This document shows positions 38,351 through 50,183 of a DNA stretch of 64,000 nt, piece by piece. Below the pieces are notes generated by a model. It was not told the DNA's origin. It saw nothing but the letters and a program-made list of their open reading frames with translations, and ran no database searches. The stretch comes from Octopus sinensis (lineage: Eukaryota). A program made the translations under genes and the position numbers. Every line of letters begins with the position of its first letter. Positions within the stretch are counted from its first letter, which is position 1. The stretch lies in NCBI RefSeq assembly GCF_006345805.1, contig NC_043000.1:126356001-126420000 (forward strand), given 5' to 3'.

Positions 38351-38831
38351 GTGCTACTTTAGTGTGCAGTCTACCACAGTATCCAGTCTATGCTGTGAAA
38401 TTACTTTTAGCATGTGGTCTACCTTTTCTTACCCTTTTACACTTTAACGTACGATCAACCTCCACTATAAGAACTTTATACTACTGGATGATAAAAACAA
38501 ATTGAATAATGTTGAATAATGATTTATTAAAACTTACTCTTAAATCTTAATTAGCGATACACACTTTGTACGTCATTTAGGAATGCTACAAACAAATCTG
38601 TTGCATCTTTCTCAAAACTTCCCAGCAAAAGTGATCAAGGTGTAACTAGAAAAGTTCACTACTAACGCCTCTCATTTTCTTTAAAATTATACGTCTATAG
38701 AAATCCTTTAACAGCATTGTAATGGTTAAAATTAACTCAGGTTAAGAGGATAAGAAAAAGTAGACCACACACTAAAAGTAGTTTCACAGCGCAGACTGAA
38801 TACTGTGGGAGACGGCACACTAAAGTAGTAC
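38351..38831. mobile_element. MITE-like element with ~85-bp TIRs
   Basis: GTGCTACTTTAGTGTGCAGTCT...TTTTCTTACCCTT at the left end and its diverged reverse complement at 38745-38831. No clear TSD. Confidence 0.7.
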
Positions 38832-40251
38832 TGAAGATGAGATATCAGGGTATACCCTCAACGTACAAGAAGGTGTATAGCTGACACTCCATCAGTTATG
38901 ATGATAAGGGTTCTACTTAATCTGATCAATGGAACAGCCTACTCATGAAATTAATGTGCAAGTAGCTGAGCACTACACAGACATGCATATCCTTCACATA
39001 CTTCTCAGGGAGATTCACAAAGTGTATGTATGTTGTTCCTTCTCGAGCCATACCTGGCTCATACGGCCAGTTTTCTGGTTTCCTTGGCATATAGGTTCCC
39101 CACCTGGACGGGACGCCAGTCTGTCACAGGTGAGCTGCAAGATGCAGAAGGAAAGAGTGAGAGAATGTTGTGGTGATAGAGTCAGCAGAGGTTCGCCATT
39201 ACCTTCTGCCGGAGCCGCATGGAGCTTAGGTGTTTCAATCATAAACACACACATCGCCTGGTCTGAGATTCGAACCCATGATTCCTCAACCGCGAGTCCA
39301 CTGCTCTAACCACTAGGCCATGTGCCTCCACACAAGAAATTGTATAGAGAGTGAATAAGAAGGAGAGAGGAGAAGCAAAGATGGCTGGATGATTAGGTAT
39401 GGGTGAAGGCAGAAGATGCATAGGGACAAAAGTCAGGCATACATGGAGATGGATATAGTGAGTTAAAAGGGACAACGATAGCAGAGATGAGAGGATGTTC
39501 AGGTGAAATAGGCATTCAGTGGATATATAGTGGTAAGGAATGATGTTGGGAGAGTGAGATGGGTGGCAAGGGGAGTGATTCCAAGAAGTGGGGTGTGGTA
39601 GCAAAAAAAATGGGGAAGGAGTATGTGCAGTTCAGCTCTCTTATAATTATAGCAGCTGAGCAATAGAGTCATAGTCAGAGATTTGAGTGTTATGAAAATG
39701 AGTAGCAGGGAAGGTTCGACTGGTACAGACTGGATGTAGGGGAAGAGACATACATACATACATATATATGTTGCCATGATAGATTGGTAGCCACTACACA
39801 CATTATTTTTCTCTCCTTGTTTTTTTCTGTGTCCCTTTCTGTAGAAGAGTGTAGGCTCGAGATGTAAAAGACTTTTTCAATTCCTGAGCGTTATACTAAT
39901 ACATCTGTTTGTTTTCTACCCCACCTGTCTTCGTCTTTTGTTTTTTTTGTGAACTCTCTACATATATACATACATACATACATATGTATATGTGTGTTAC
40001 ATACATATGAGAGGGAGGACCATTATGTCGACAACCATTATGCTAGAAGTAGATCCGCTATGGTCTTATGTATATGTATATGGTCTTATGTATATGTGTG
40101 TGTATATATATATATGTGTGTGTGTGTGTATGTATGTGTGGAAAGAGAGAGGGAGAGAAAGAGAAAGGGAGAGACAGACAGGAAGGAAGAAAGAAACGTG
40201 TATGTTAATCACAGTATTTACTTTTCCAGCAAGTTTAAAATTATGTCTAAA

Positions 40252-40301
<50 letters not shown>

Positions 40302-41711
40302 ACACACACTTTTTGTTAGGATTTTTTTCTTTCTCTGACACCTGAGGCTTCCTGCTGACAGAGATTAACATCTTTCAGCCTGAATTCAAAACACAAATGA
40401 CACTCTACATTAACACTGATGTGAGTGTTGTCAGCTTTAATGGTGGAGCATCATTCTTTATTATAAAATCAGGAGATAGCTTAGTGTTCAATTTCAAGAA
40501 TTTTTCATCAATCTCTTTATAAGAATTTCAACCTTGTCATGCTTCTTCCATATAGGTTTGTGTATTAGAGTTTCAAAGAAGAATTATATTTCAACGAGTT
40601 TCAAAGAGAAAATTTATCATCACTTATGTGGAGTTGTTGTGTTCTGTATATCAAGGTTAAAGCTGTCTGTAGTTGTCTGCAGGAATTAGATTCAGGTGAA
40701 TAATGGTTTGAAGTGGATGAAATCATGAAAATTCTTTTCTTTTCTTTTTTTTTTTGTTAGCAAACCAAAACATTCAATAACCTTTGTTGGTTATTCATGA
40801 TTAAATGAATGTATGCACATAGACATACACATGCACCCACACATATGCACCTACATACACATGTACACATAAACATGGAAGCATACACAGACATATACAA
40901 ACATGCACATACATGCACACATGAACACACACTTGCACACACATGTATGTGCACAAACACTTAAGTATGCACATACACATGTGCTCCTGCATGCATACTC
41001 ACACACACATATACACATGCATGCACATATATTCATCCATGTATATGTATGTGTGTATTTATATATATATATATATATACATACACACACATGTAAGTAT
41101 TCATATGTTATATATATATATTTGTATTTATGTGCTGTGTATATTCCACTGAAGAGGCAAAGCATTTCTTATGAAGATCCAGAAATCCGGGATCTGGAAT
41201 TATCCAGTAATTTTTTTGCTAGTTTATTTTTTCTGTTTGTCTTCTCTCTTGGTGCTGTATGAACTTTTAATGTGGTTTTAGAGACAAGTTTTGGCTGCTA
41301 TTTCAAGCATGGTGGTATCTCTTAGATACCCTAAATTATAATTTAATAATAGTCATTACCTTTGAAGGTTTTTATTCCCATGCTGGTCACTTGATAAGTT
41401 TGATAGTTAAATAATGATCTTATCCTTATTTATATATATTTATATATACATACACACACATATATATATGTATTGAATTTATTTACCGATACTGTTGTAC
41501 ATAGGTAAATGTGTTTGAAAGTTGTAGTTTCTTTGGTATGTTTATTCCCAAACAACACTTATTTTAGTGCTGTTGACACTGCCAAATTGAGTGGTACTGC
41601 CCAGGTGTCAAAACCATAATGATATCTGTGGGTCAGCTGATGATGGAGGTATGTTGAATTGTTGGTGTGGCTGTTTTTGTATATATGGAATAGAATTATA
41701 ACACATTCTTT

Positions 41712-41761
<50 letters not shown>

Positions 41762-41777
41762 GTACCATATTTTTCAG

Positions 41778-41897
41778 GTTCTCAATAAGGATTTTGAAGA
41801 GGTTTATATAATGAATTCTGGAACAATAGGAGCCTCTTTTATGGTATTCAACTCTGTTACAGATGAATTATTTACTGGGGGGATTGGTGGAACTAAG
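41778..41897 (+). CDS. WD40 gene exon (VLNKDFEEVYIMNSGTIGASFMVFNSVTDELFTGGIGGTK)
   Basis: Acceptor atttttcAG, donor AAG|GTAAGG, 120 nt, phase 0/0. Confidence 0.88.
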
Positions 41898-42102
41898 GTA
41901 AGGCCAAATGTTTCACTTTATCACAATTTAATATACAATCCCTCCCCTCATAATTACACTTCCAATCATTTAGTTATTGAAATTTCTTGATTTTATATAT
42001 TAAGATATATGGGCACTTGTTTGCTCACTGATGATGATGGTGGTGGTGAAACAGGTGAAAAGAAGGAGAAGAAAGATGAAGAGGAAGACAATATGAATGC
42101 TT

Positions 42103-42140
<38 letters not shown>

Positions 42141-42479
42141 GGTGGTGGTGGTGGTGGTGGTGGTGGTCGAGGAAGCCAATGTAGACAGATTAGTACAGTA
42201 AGGTAAAATGAGAGGAAAACCTTTTTTTCTCTCTACAAGGAAACAATAAAAACCAACTAGAAGCTAATTATACTAATGAAAATTTATAAATTTAATAAAA
42301 TGTTTATATGTGAACAAAAAAATAAAAGAAACAAATATGAAATAAAAAATCAAAGTTGAGCTGTATGTAATAGTTTCTAAAGGAAAAAATAGAGAGAAAA
42401 CCTTTTCCATGTATCTTGCAAGACTGGTTAGAGCAGATGTGAGGATATAAAAGCCAGTAATGACTCAGAACCACTGGAG

Positions 42480-42894
42480 TAAAGCCAGAAATAAAACATC
42501 TAATTTTGCACATACATCATCAATGCCCAGATACAAAAACTGCCAAAATATATATTTTATCCGGATAAGCTACTGTTCCGAGAGGTTGGTGAAAAAGCCA
42601 AACTTGTTATATTCAGTCAGTTTTCGTGCCTAGCTTTACCTATGCTCATGATGGATGATTTATGACTGAAAGAGTATGATTGCAAATACAAGCAGCCAAA
42701 ATGGATTTCCTCAGAAAGATCTCTAAGTAATGTTACTTGTGGCTGTGTGGTAAGTAGCTAGCTTACCAACCACATGGTTCCGGGTTCAGTCCCACTGCAT
42801 GGTACCTTGGGCAAGTGTCTTCTACTATAGCCTCGGGCTGACCAAAGCCTTGTGAGTAGATTTGGTAGACAGAAACTGAAAGAAGCTCGTCGTA

Positions 42895-42948
<54 letters not shown>

Positions 42949-43450
42949 GGGGGGGTTGTGTGTATGTTTGTGTATCTGTGTTTGTCCCCCCACCATCACT
43001 CGACAACCGATGCTGGCATGTTTACGTCCCCCGTAACTTAGCGGTTCGGCAAAAAGAGACTGATAGAATAAGTACTAGGCTTATAAAGAATAAGTCCTGG
43101 GGTTGATTTGCTTGACTAAAGGTAGTGCTCCAGCATGGCCGCAGTCAAATGACTGAAACAAGTAAAAGAGACAGAGTATGTAATTCAGAAGTCAGAGAGT
43201 CTCTTTAGATCAAGTAGTTACTTATCTACACCAGTAGGTCCAGTATTATGGATATCTGATTAGAATGTCACAGGAAAGGATCATAAGATCAATTTTTCAA
43301 GTGTAGCCAATCGATGGGTAGACCACGGATTAGACCTGGGGGTAGACCAAGAATGAGTTGGTTGTACAATATCTATAATCTCAGTTTGTCATACTCGGGA
43401 ATCCAACTGAAAAGTGTAATGACAATTACTTCTGTTAAGACCCTGTGGGG
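42480..43450 (+). mobile_element. Old RTE (Rex3/Expander-like) 3' relic split by a SINE at 42739-43150
   Basis: KAKLVIF...TYAHD...MTERV...IQAAKMDFLRKI before the SINE; RV.NSEVRESL and GRPR...GRPRMSW after it. Confidence 0.65.
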
Positions 43451-43599
43451 TAAGTGCCTAAGGAACTTACTCTTATGATCCTTCCAGAAATAGTGTTGAA
43501 GAAAATGAATGGATGGAATTCTTTGGGTAACTGAAGAATAAGTGTGCATCCTCTGATGAAAAGACAATTATCCCTTAAACAAATTTTTAAAAAGATTAC

Positions 43600-44160
43600 C
43601 AGTAATTTGTCTGTTTATTTAAGAGAAAAATAGGACGTTTTCACATCATCAGCAATCTTCATTACTAAAGCTTTCAATAAATAACAGTAAATTTATCCAT
43701 CTTATACAGCCTCCTAAACTATAGTTAATCCTTCAGATTCCTTGTCAAAAGAACTCCATCAAACTTTATGGATCCCTCTTTTCCTCCACTTCTCAACAAC
43801 AATGGTTCCATTGGCAGTATTTCCATTGAGAAAGCATCCTCTTTCATTATATTTTTCATCCAACCCCTCACCCATATATTTGGAAAATCATTTCCAAATA
43901 TATCTTTTTTCCATTCCACCAGGCTCCCTATCTTGTATGCACTCACACACATTACATGAAAATATGTCTGATTCTTTCTAACCAAAATCACTATCCCTGA
44001 CAATCTCCCTTCCGTTATACTCAAACAGTGCAGTCTTGTTCTTTTACTCACTAAACTCTTCAATCTTCTCTATATTTTAGAAACACACTATTGTCTGTTT
44101 CACTTCTAAGAATGGAAGCTCCTATAACACAACCAACTAGTGTCCTATTGTTCTGTTTTC
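43600..44160 (+). mobile_element. Very old CR1/L2-group LINE relic
   Basis: SFPPLLNNNG...EKA, PDNLPSVILKQC...LTKLFNL and KNGSSYNTTN remnants. Confidence 0.45.
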
Positions 44161-44334
44161 TCTCCTTATTCTTTTCTATAGAAGAGCATAGGTTTGAAAC
44201 ATTAAAGATGTCTTACATTTTTCCTGAGTGTCAAACTAAATACATCTTGTATGTTGTTCCCTTATCTGTCTCTCTATCTTTTGTTTTTTGTTCTTTGTAT
44301 AATTTTGAACCAGTTGTGTGTATGTGTGTGTATG

Positions 44335-44410
<76 letters not shown>

Positions 44411-45328
44411 CACACATATATAAAATATGAATTAGAGATAAAACCACTATTAGGCAACTCAAACAGTGATAGACATAAACCAATACATAAATGACAAATA
44501 ATATAAATATAATTAATATATATATAATATAAAATTTTAAAATAAAAAAAATTTTTTAATTTTTATTTTCATTTTTAAAACTTTTTTATTTAAAAAAAAT
44601 TTTTTAATTTAAAAAAAATTTTTTTTTTTTACCAAAAGTATAAAAAGAATGATAAGTATAATATAATAAGTAAAACCACTATGTACATTTCCTGGCTATA
44701 ATTAAATTCGAATTACAATTAAGTTTAAATTCAATTGAAATAAATTCGAACTATGTGTATATATACATATATAACGGGAAGCTTTACGAAAATAAACAAA
44801 AGACGAAGGCAGGTGGAGTACAAACAAACAATTGTATATATATATATATATATGAATTTTTATAATTTTATTTATATCTTATTAATGAATATTATATTCT
44901 TTTTATTAACTATAAATTTACCTTATTTATATTTATTTTTTCCTCAGGCATCTCTATTTTTACTTTATTTTTCTAGTTTTCTTTATTTTACTTTATCCCT
45001 AATTGTATTCTAATCAATCTGTAAACCTTTCACCTGAGTATATAAAAATACAAATTATAAACCCTAATATTTAGTCTGTTGAAATGAACTGATATAACAT
45101 CTCAAGGTACATCTTTTTCTCTGATGAAATTATGCTCATGTCACATAAATGCAAATTTGATGTACCAGTTCGTGATTAAATTATTGAGTATTAATTGAAA
45201 TGACTGTAAGAAGTAAGGATGACCAATTTGTTAATAATAAATAATTAACTTCCTACTCTTCATTTTCTTTTCTTCAGTTAACAGTATGTATATAAACACA
45301 CACACACACATACACATGCACACACATA

Positions 45329-46307
45329 TACACAAAGTATGGGGATTTAGTTCACAGGTGATCTAAACAATTAGGTATGCTAGGTAAGTGTTGTAACAGA
45401 TTACTGGGGCTCCAAGGTTATAGTCGGGATGGTAGTTATGGATCCATTGCCAATTTCCGATGCAGCAGATATATGATTGTTAAACAGGACAGTAAACATT
45501 AAGGCAAGGCAAACATCTCAAGTTGTATACAATATTATTCTAGGAAGAAATTCAAAATCTTACAGCTGTTTCTGGGATATCCCTGATTATGGGATATTTT
45601 GTCATCAGACAAATAGGGTAGAAAAAGTAGGGAAAATGAGAATGATGTACATTGATAAGATGATGACAAAGAGGAAGGGGATAAAAGAATAAGGAGATGG
45701 AAAGAAAGAAGAAAAAAGAAGCATAAAAGTTCATAGTTCAACTTTCTGAAGTTATAGAAACCAGAGCATGAGTCCTTAAGTGCAATTCTGCTTAGATCCA
45801 TGTGGGTTAAAAACCTGGTATAGTAGACATCCCAAGAAAAAAGATGTGAACATATCAACATTTATATTTGTTAAAGAAGACAACAAACATTAAAGAAAGG
45901 AAAACATCTCAAGTCATATACACTATTATTATTGAAAATATTGAAAAAGTCTTACAGCTGTTTCTGGGATATCACAGAGTATGGGATATTCCATCATCTA
46001 TACCCTTCTCATTTTCCCTATTTGTCTCTGATGATGGAATATCCCATACTCTAGGATATCCCAGAAACAGCTGTAAGACTTTGAATTTTTTCCAATAATA
46101 ATAATGTATATGACTTGAGATGTTTTCCTCGCCTTAACGTTTGTTGTCCTCTTTAAGAAGTATATATCCACTATATCGGAAATCTGCAATAACTCCATAA
46201 CTACCATCTTGCCTACAACCTTGGAGTTCTAGTAATCCATTACAGCACTTACCAAACATACCTAATCGTTTAGATCACCTGTGAACTAAACCCCCATACT
46301 TTGTATA
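45329..46307. mobile_element. ~1-kb foldback element with ~300-bp TIRs, TA-flanked
   Basis: 45331-45620 is a diverged reverse complement of 46020-46305. A third partial direct copy lies at 45860-46000. Ends read TA|CACAAAGTATGGGG ... CCCCATACTTTGTA|TA. Confidence 0.75.
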
Positions 46308-46326
46308 AGATATAGATATATACAAC

Positions 46327-46435
46327 TTATAAATAAGGGCAAAAGAAAAAAATTCTTATGCCAAATATGCTGAGAAATAGACTTTAAATCGTTATATTTG
46401 GCATAAGAATTTTTTTCTTTTGCCCTTATTTATAA
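46327..46435. repeat. Perfect 42-bp inverted repeat with a 25-nt spacer
   Basis: TTATAAATAAGGGCAAAAGAAAAAAATTCTTATGCCAAATAT and its exact reverse complement at 46394-46435. Confidence 0.95.
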
Positions 46436-46577
46436 TTTTCACCTTAAAAGGTATATTTTAAATATGCTAGCCACTGATAAATTTCTTTTTGAAAATCTTA
46501 TCCTATATTAGATATATATACACACACACACACAGATAAATAGATAGTTATATCCTCTCTCTCTCTTTACTTTATAG

Positions 46578-46654
46578 GTTTGGCAGTATCAAAGAGTCTC
46601 TTCACAAATGTTTAAAGAAATAAAACCACTATCTGACTATGAATTGAAATTAAA
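46578..46654 (+). CDS. WD40 gene exon (VWQYQRVSSQMFKEIKPLSDYELKL)
   Basis: Acceptor ctctctttactttatAG, donor AA|GTAATT, phase 0/2; supplies the K-VW end of a WD repeat. Confidence 0.85.
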
Positions 46655-46947
46655 GTAATTATGCACTTTATTGAATAAAATCTATGCTCACTTCCACAAC
46701 ACACTTGCAAATGCATAACTTATATACACGTAAACACATGTACACATACACCCCTGCTCAGCATACACATATTTGCAATGTTGTTTGATGTTTAACATTT
46801 CAGAGTATATGTTTTGACAGTGATGTAACATTAACTGATACAAACAACACGTAACAAAATATTGAGTAAACATATATAGTGTATATTTTATATTATAAAA
46901 AGTATTAGCTTCTTTATAAGTTTTACCACACGGTTCCTCTGATATTT

Positions 46948-47180
46948 TGGCGGCGAGCTGGCAGAAACGTTAGCACGCTGGGCAAAATGCGTTGCTGTAC
47001 TTCGTCTGCCGTTACCTTCTGAGTTCAAATTCCTCCGAGGTCAACTTTGCCTTCATCCTTTTGGGGTTGATAAATTAAGTACCAGTTATGCAGTGGGGTC
47101 AATGTAATCGACTTAATACGTTTGTCTGTCCTTGTTTGCCCCCTCAGTGTTTAGCCCCTTGTGGATAGTAAAGAAATAGA
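46948..47180 (+). mobile_element. tRNA-derived Nin/Deu-domain SINE, family B
   Basis: GGCGAGCTGGCAGAAACGTTAGC...GAGTTCAAATTCC then AGGTCAACTTTGCCTTCATCCTT; flanked by a 9-bp GATATTTTG duplication. Other copies: 225-330, 34915-35130, 37140-37560, 37828-38060, 47995-48195, 48550-48690(-), 51470-51665(-), 58355-58600(-), 61339-61736, 63780-64000(-). Confidence 0.85.
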
Positions 47181-48869
47181 TATTTTGTGCTTGTGTGTGT
47201 CTGTGTGTGTTGTGTATTTTTTATCTTTTACTTGTTTCAGTCATTAGACTCTGGCCATGCTGGGGCACAGCCTTGAAGAATTTTTTAGTCAAATGACCCT
47301 GTACTTTTTTTTTAAGCCCGATACCCATGGTATTTTTATGTCGAACCTCTGAGTTACAGGGATGTAAACACACCAACACCAGTTGTCAAGTGGTGGTGGG
47401 GGAGGGACACAAACACACACATAGACACACACATGCACATACACACACATATGATGGGCTTCTTTCAGTTTCCATCTATCAAATCCTCTCACAGGGATTT
47501 GGTCAGCCTGAAGATATAACAGAAGACACTTGCCCAAGGTGCCACACAGTTAATTTAAGTCTACCATAATACTATTGTTTTAGTTTTAATACACAATTTC
47601 AGATCAAATCTCTTGTGTAAATCTCATATATTTTATTTGTAACTATTTTATATAAAGTTTCATTTACTGACCAGCTATTGTATACTTTGGTTTCTAAAAA
47701 ACTCAATATTCTGATGTTTTCTGATAAGCTTCTCTGCATTCTCTATCTGATAGTCAACAACCAGCTCACAATATCATTTGAGAATTGTTCTATTGTATAA
47801 CATTACATTTCCTGTGTTTTATAAAAACTGCAGTTGATACATATTCTCAATAATATTATTGATTCAGAGAAAATAATAATCTTGAGAGTTCAGATTTTCT
47901 GGTATTTTTCCCAAAGTTTTCTTTGTCTCCAGTGTAAAGATCACATACAGGATTATGTGAAAATTTCTTTACTGCAATCTTTTGACACTTGTGACACGGG
48001 CAAAATACGTAGCCGTATTTCGTCTGTCGTTACATTCTGAGTTCAAATTCCGCTGAGGTCGACTTTGCCTTTCATCCTTTCGAGGTCGATTAAATAAGTA
48101 CCAGTTATGCACTGGGGTCGATATAATCGACTTAATCCCTTTGTCTGTCCTTGTTTGTCTCTTCTGTGTTTAGCCCCTTGTGGGTAGTAAAGAAATATAT
48201 TACAATCACAACATGGAAGACACATCATCATCATCATTTAACATCCGTTTTCCATGCTAGCAAGGGTTGGACAGTTCGACTGGGGGTCTCGGAAGCCAGG
48301 AGGCTGCACCAGGCTCCAGTCTGATCTGGCAGTGTTTCTACAGCTGGATGCCCTTCCTAATGCCAACCACCCTGTGAGTGTACTGAGTGTTTTTTACGTG
48401 ACAGTGGGACAGGGGCCAGAGGGGGCTGGCAAATGGCCACGATCGGTCAGAGCTTTTATGTGTCACTGACACAGATGCCAGTCAGGTGGCGCTGGCATCT
48501 GCCACATTCGGACGGTGCTTTTTACGTGTCACCGGCACAGGTATCCTACACATATTGGTTTCAAATTTTGGAACAAGGCCAGCAAGTTCAGGAGGTGGGT
48601 AAGTCGATCACATCGACCCCAGTATTCAACTGGTACTTATTTTATCAATCTCAAAAAGATGAAAGGCAAAGTCAACCTCGGCAGAATTTGAAGTCTGGCA
48701 TAGCATGGTAAATTCCATTGTCTCAGCATGGGCTCTGATAAAATGTTAAAACAATGCAAATAGATAATCAGAAAACATGTTTTAAAATATTGGATGAAAT
48801 AATTGCATTATACATTATAAATAGTAATGAAATTTCAGAAGAGATGTATTTCATTGTATAAGAAAATAT

Positions 48870-49790
48870 TCTTCTTAATCCTTTTTGCCCCTTGTGGAGC
48901 ATAGGGCCTCAACAGTTGTTTTCCACTTTTTGAGGTCATTGGTGTGTTTCTTGGCTACTTCCCATATCAGGCCAGTGGTCCTGAGCTTGTCCAAAATGCT
49001 CCTCTTCCATGTCTGCTTCAGGCATCCTTGCTTCCTTTTCCCCTGTGGGTTCTAGTCAAGTGCTTGTCATGTCACATTTAAGGGTTCTTTCCACAGTTTG
49101 TGTCCGATCCATCTCCATTCCCTTCATCTAATCTGAACATGTATGGGCTCCTAGTTGGCCCTTTCCCACAGGTCAGTGTTTGGCATTCTGCTGTTCCACT
49201 TCAAATGGAAGATCTGCTGAAGACATTTGTTGATGAAGGTCTAGATCTTCTTGTAGTTGCTGCAGGTGGCTCTCCATGTTTCAGAGCCATACAAAAGCAC
49301 AGATTTTACGTTTGAACTAAATAAGCAGAGTTTAGTTCGAGTTGAAATGGCAGTGGACTTCCATACCGGCTGAAGAATAGCGAAGGCTTGCCAAGCCTTC
49401 TTGCTTCTTGCCGTGATGTCCTCGTCTGATCCACTTGATTTGCTGATCTTGCTGCCAAGATAGACAAACTCACTAACGTCCTCCACAGGTGCCCCCTCGA
49501 TTGTGATTGGCTCTTCCTGCTTGTTGTTGATACGCAGCACTTTTGTCTTTTCCCGAATGATCCTCAAGCCCACTCACCGTGAAGTTTCTGTCAGGTGGTC
49601 TACCTTATCTTGCATGTCTTGTAGACAATGTGACAGTAGCACGAGATCATCTGCGTAGTCCAAGTCCTCCAGCTTGTTCATCAGTGTCCACTGAATATCT
49701 TTCCCGGAGGCAGCGTAGGCCGTCCTGGTGACCCAGTCCAGCATGACAAGGAACAGGAGTAGTGACAACAAACAGCCCTGTCTGAAAATA
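48870..49790 (-). mobile_element. RTE LINE RT fragment through the 3' end
   Basis: RQGCLLSLLLF...LEDLDYADDLVLLSH...EFVYLGSKI...VKSVLLYGSETW. Confidence 0.9.
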
Positions 49791-50045
49791 TTAGGACAGT
49801 GGATTTGGTTGCAATATTTGTGTATCACTAAATCAGTCCTCATGGAGCAAACCTACGATCATAATCTTCAAGATTAAAATTATTTTATTTATTATCCTGC
49901 ATCATCTTATCTCTGAGGTCCAATATCCTCAGATTCGAATTCAACGTTTATCCTATGCAATATTTGAGCTTTCATAATAAGTATATCATGAAGACCAGTA
50001 CAAAATTTTATTTTCTAAACTTGTATTTTGTTTTTGTATTTCCAG

Positions 50046-50183
50046 AAAAACTTTGCCAAATGTTGGAGGAAGTTGGGTCCAAAAGATTGAAGTTAACACT
50101 ACCACACATCATCTCTACTGCTGCTCTGAAATGGATGTACATGTGTACAATATGCGGGGAAATCTTCTGTATCGAATAGAACG
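50046..50183 (+). CDS. WD40 gene exon (KTLPNVGGSWVQKIEVNTTTHHLYCCSEMDVHVYNMRGNLLYRIE)
   Basis: Acceptor tttgtatttccAG, donor CG|GTGAGT, phase 2/2. Confidence 0.88.

Noticed and set aside
38829-38870. CTGAAGA...CTC-AACGTA, hammerhead-like
   Set aside because: No GAAA, no stem I, and it overlaps the MITE boundary; likely chance.
40379-40695. Possible extra WD40 exons near 40379-40420 and 40556-40695
   Set aside because: Exons 24318 and 41778 already join in phase with a sensible sequence. These frames have stops or an internal 28-bp duplication.
44520-44635. Alternating long A and T runs
   Set aside because: Low-complexity and possibly low-quality sequence with no definable unit.
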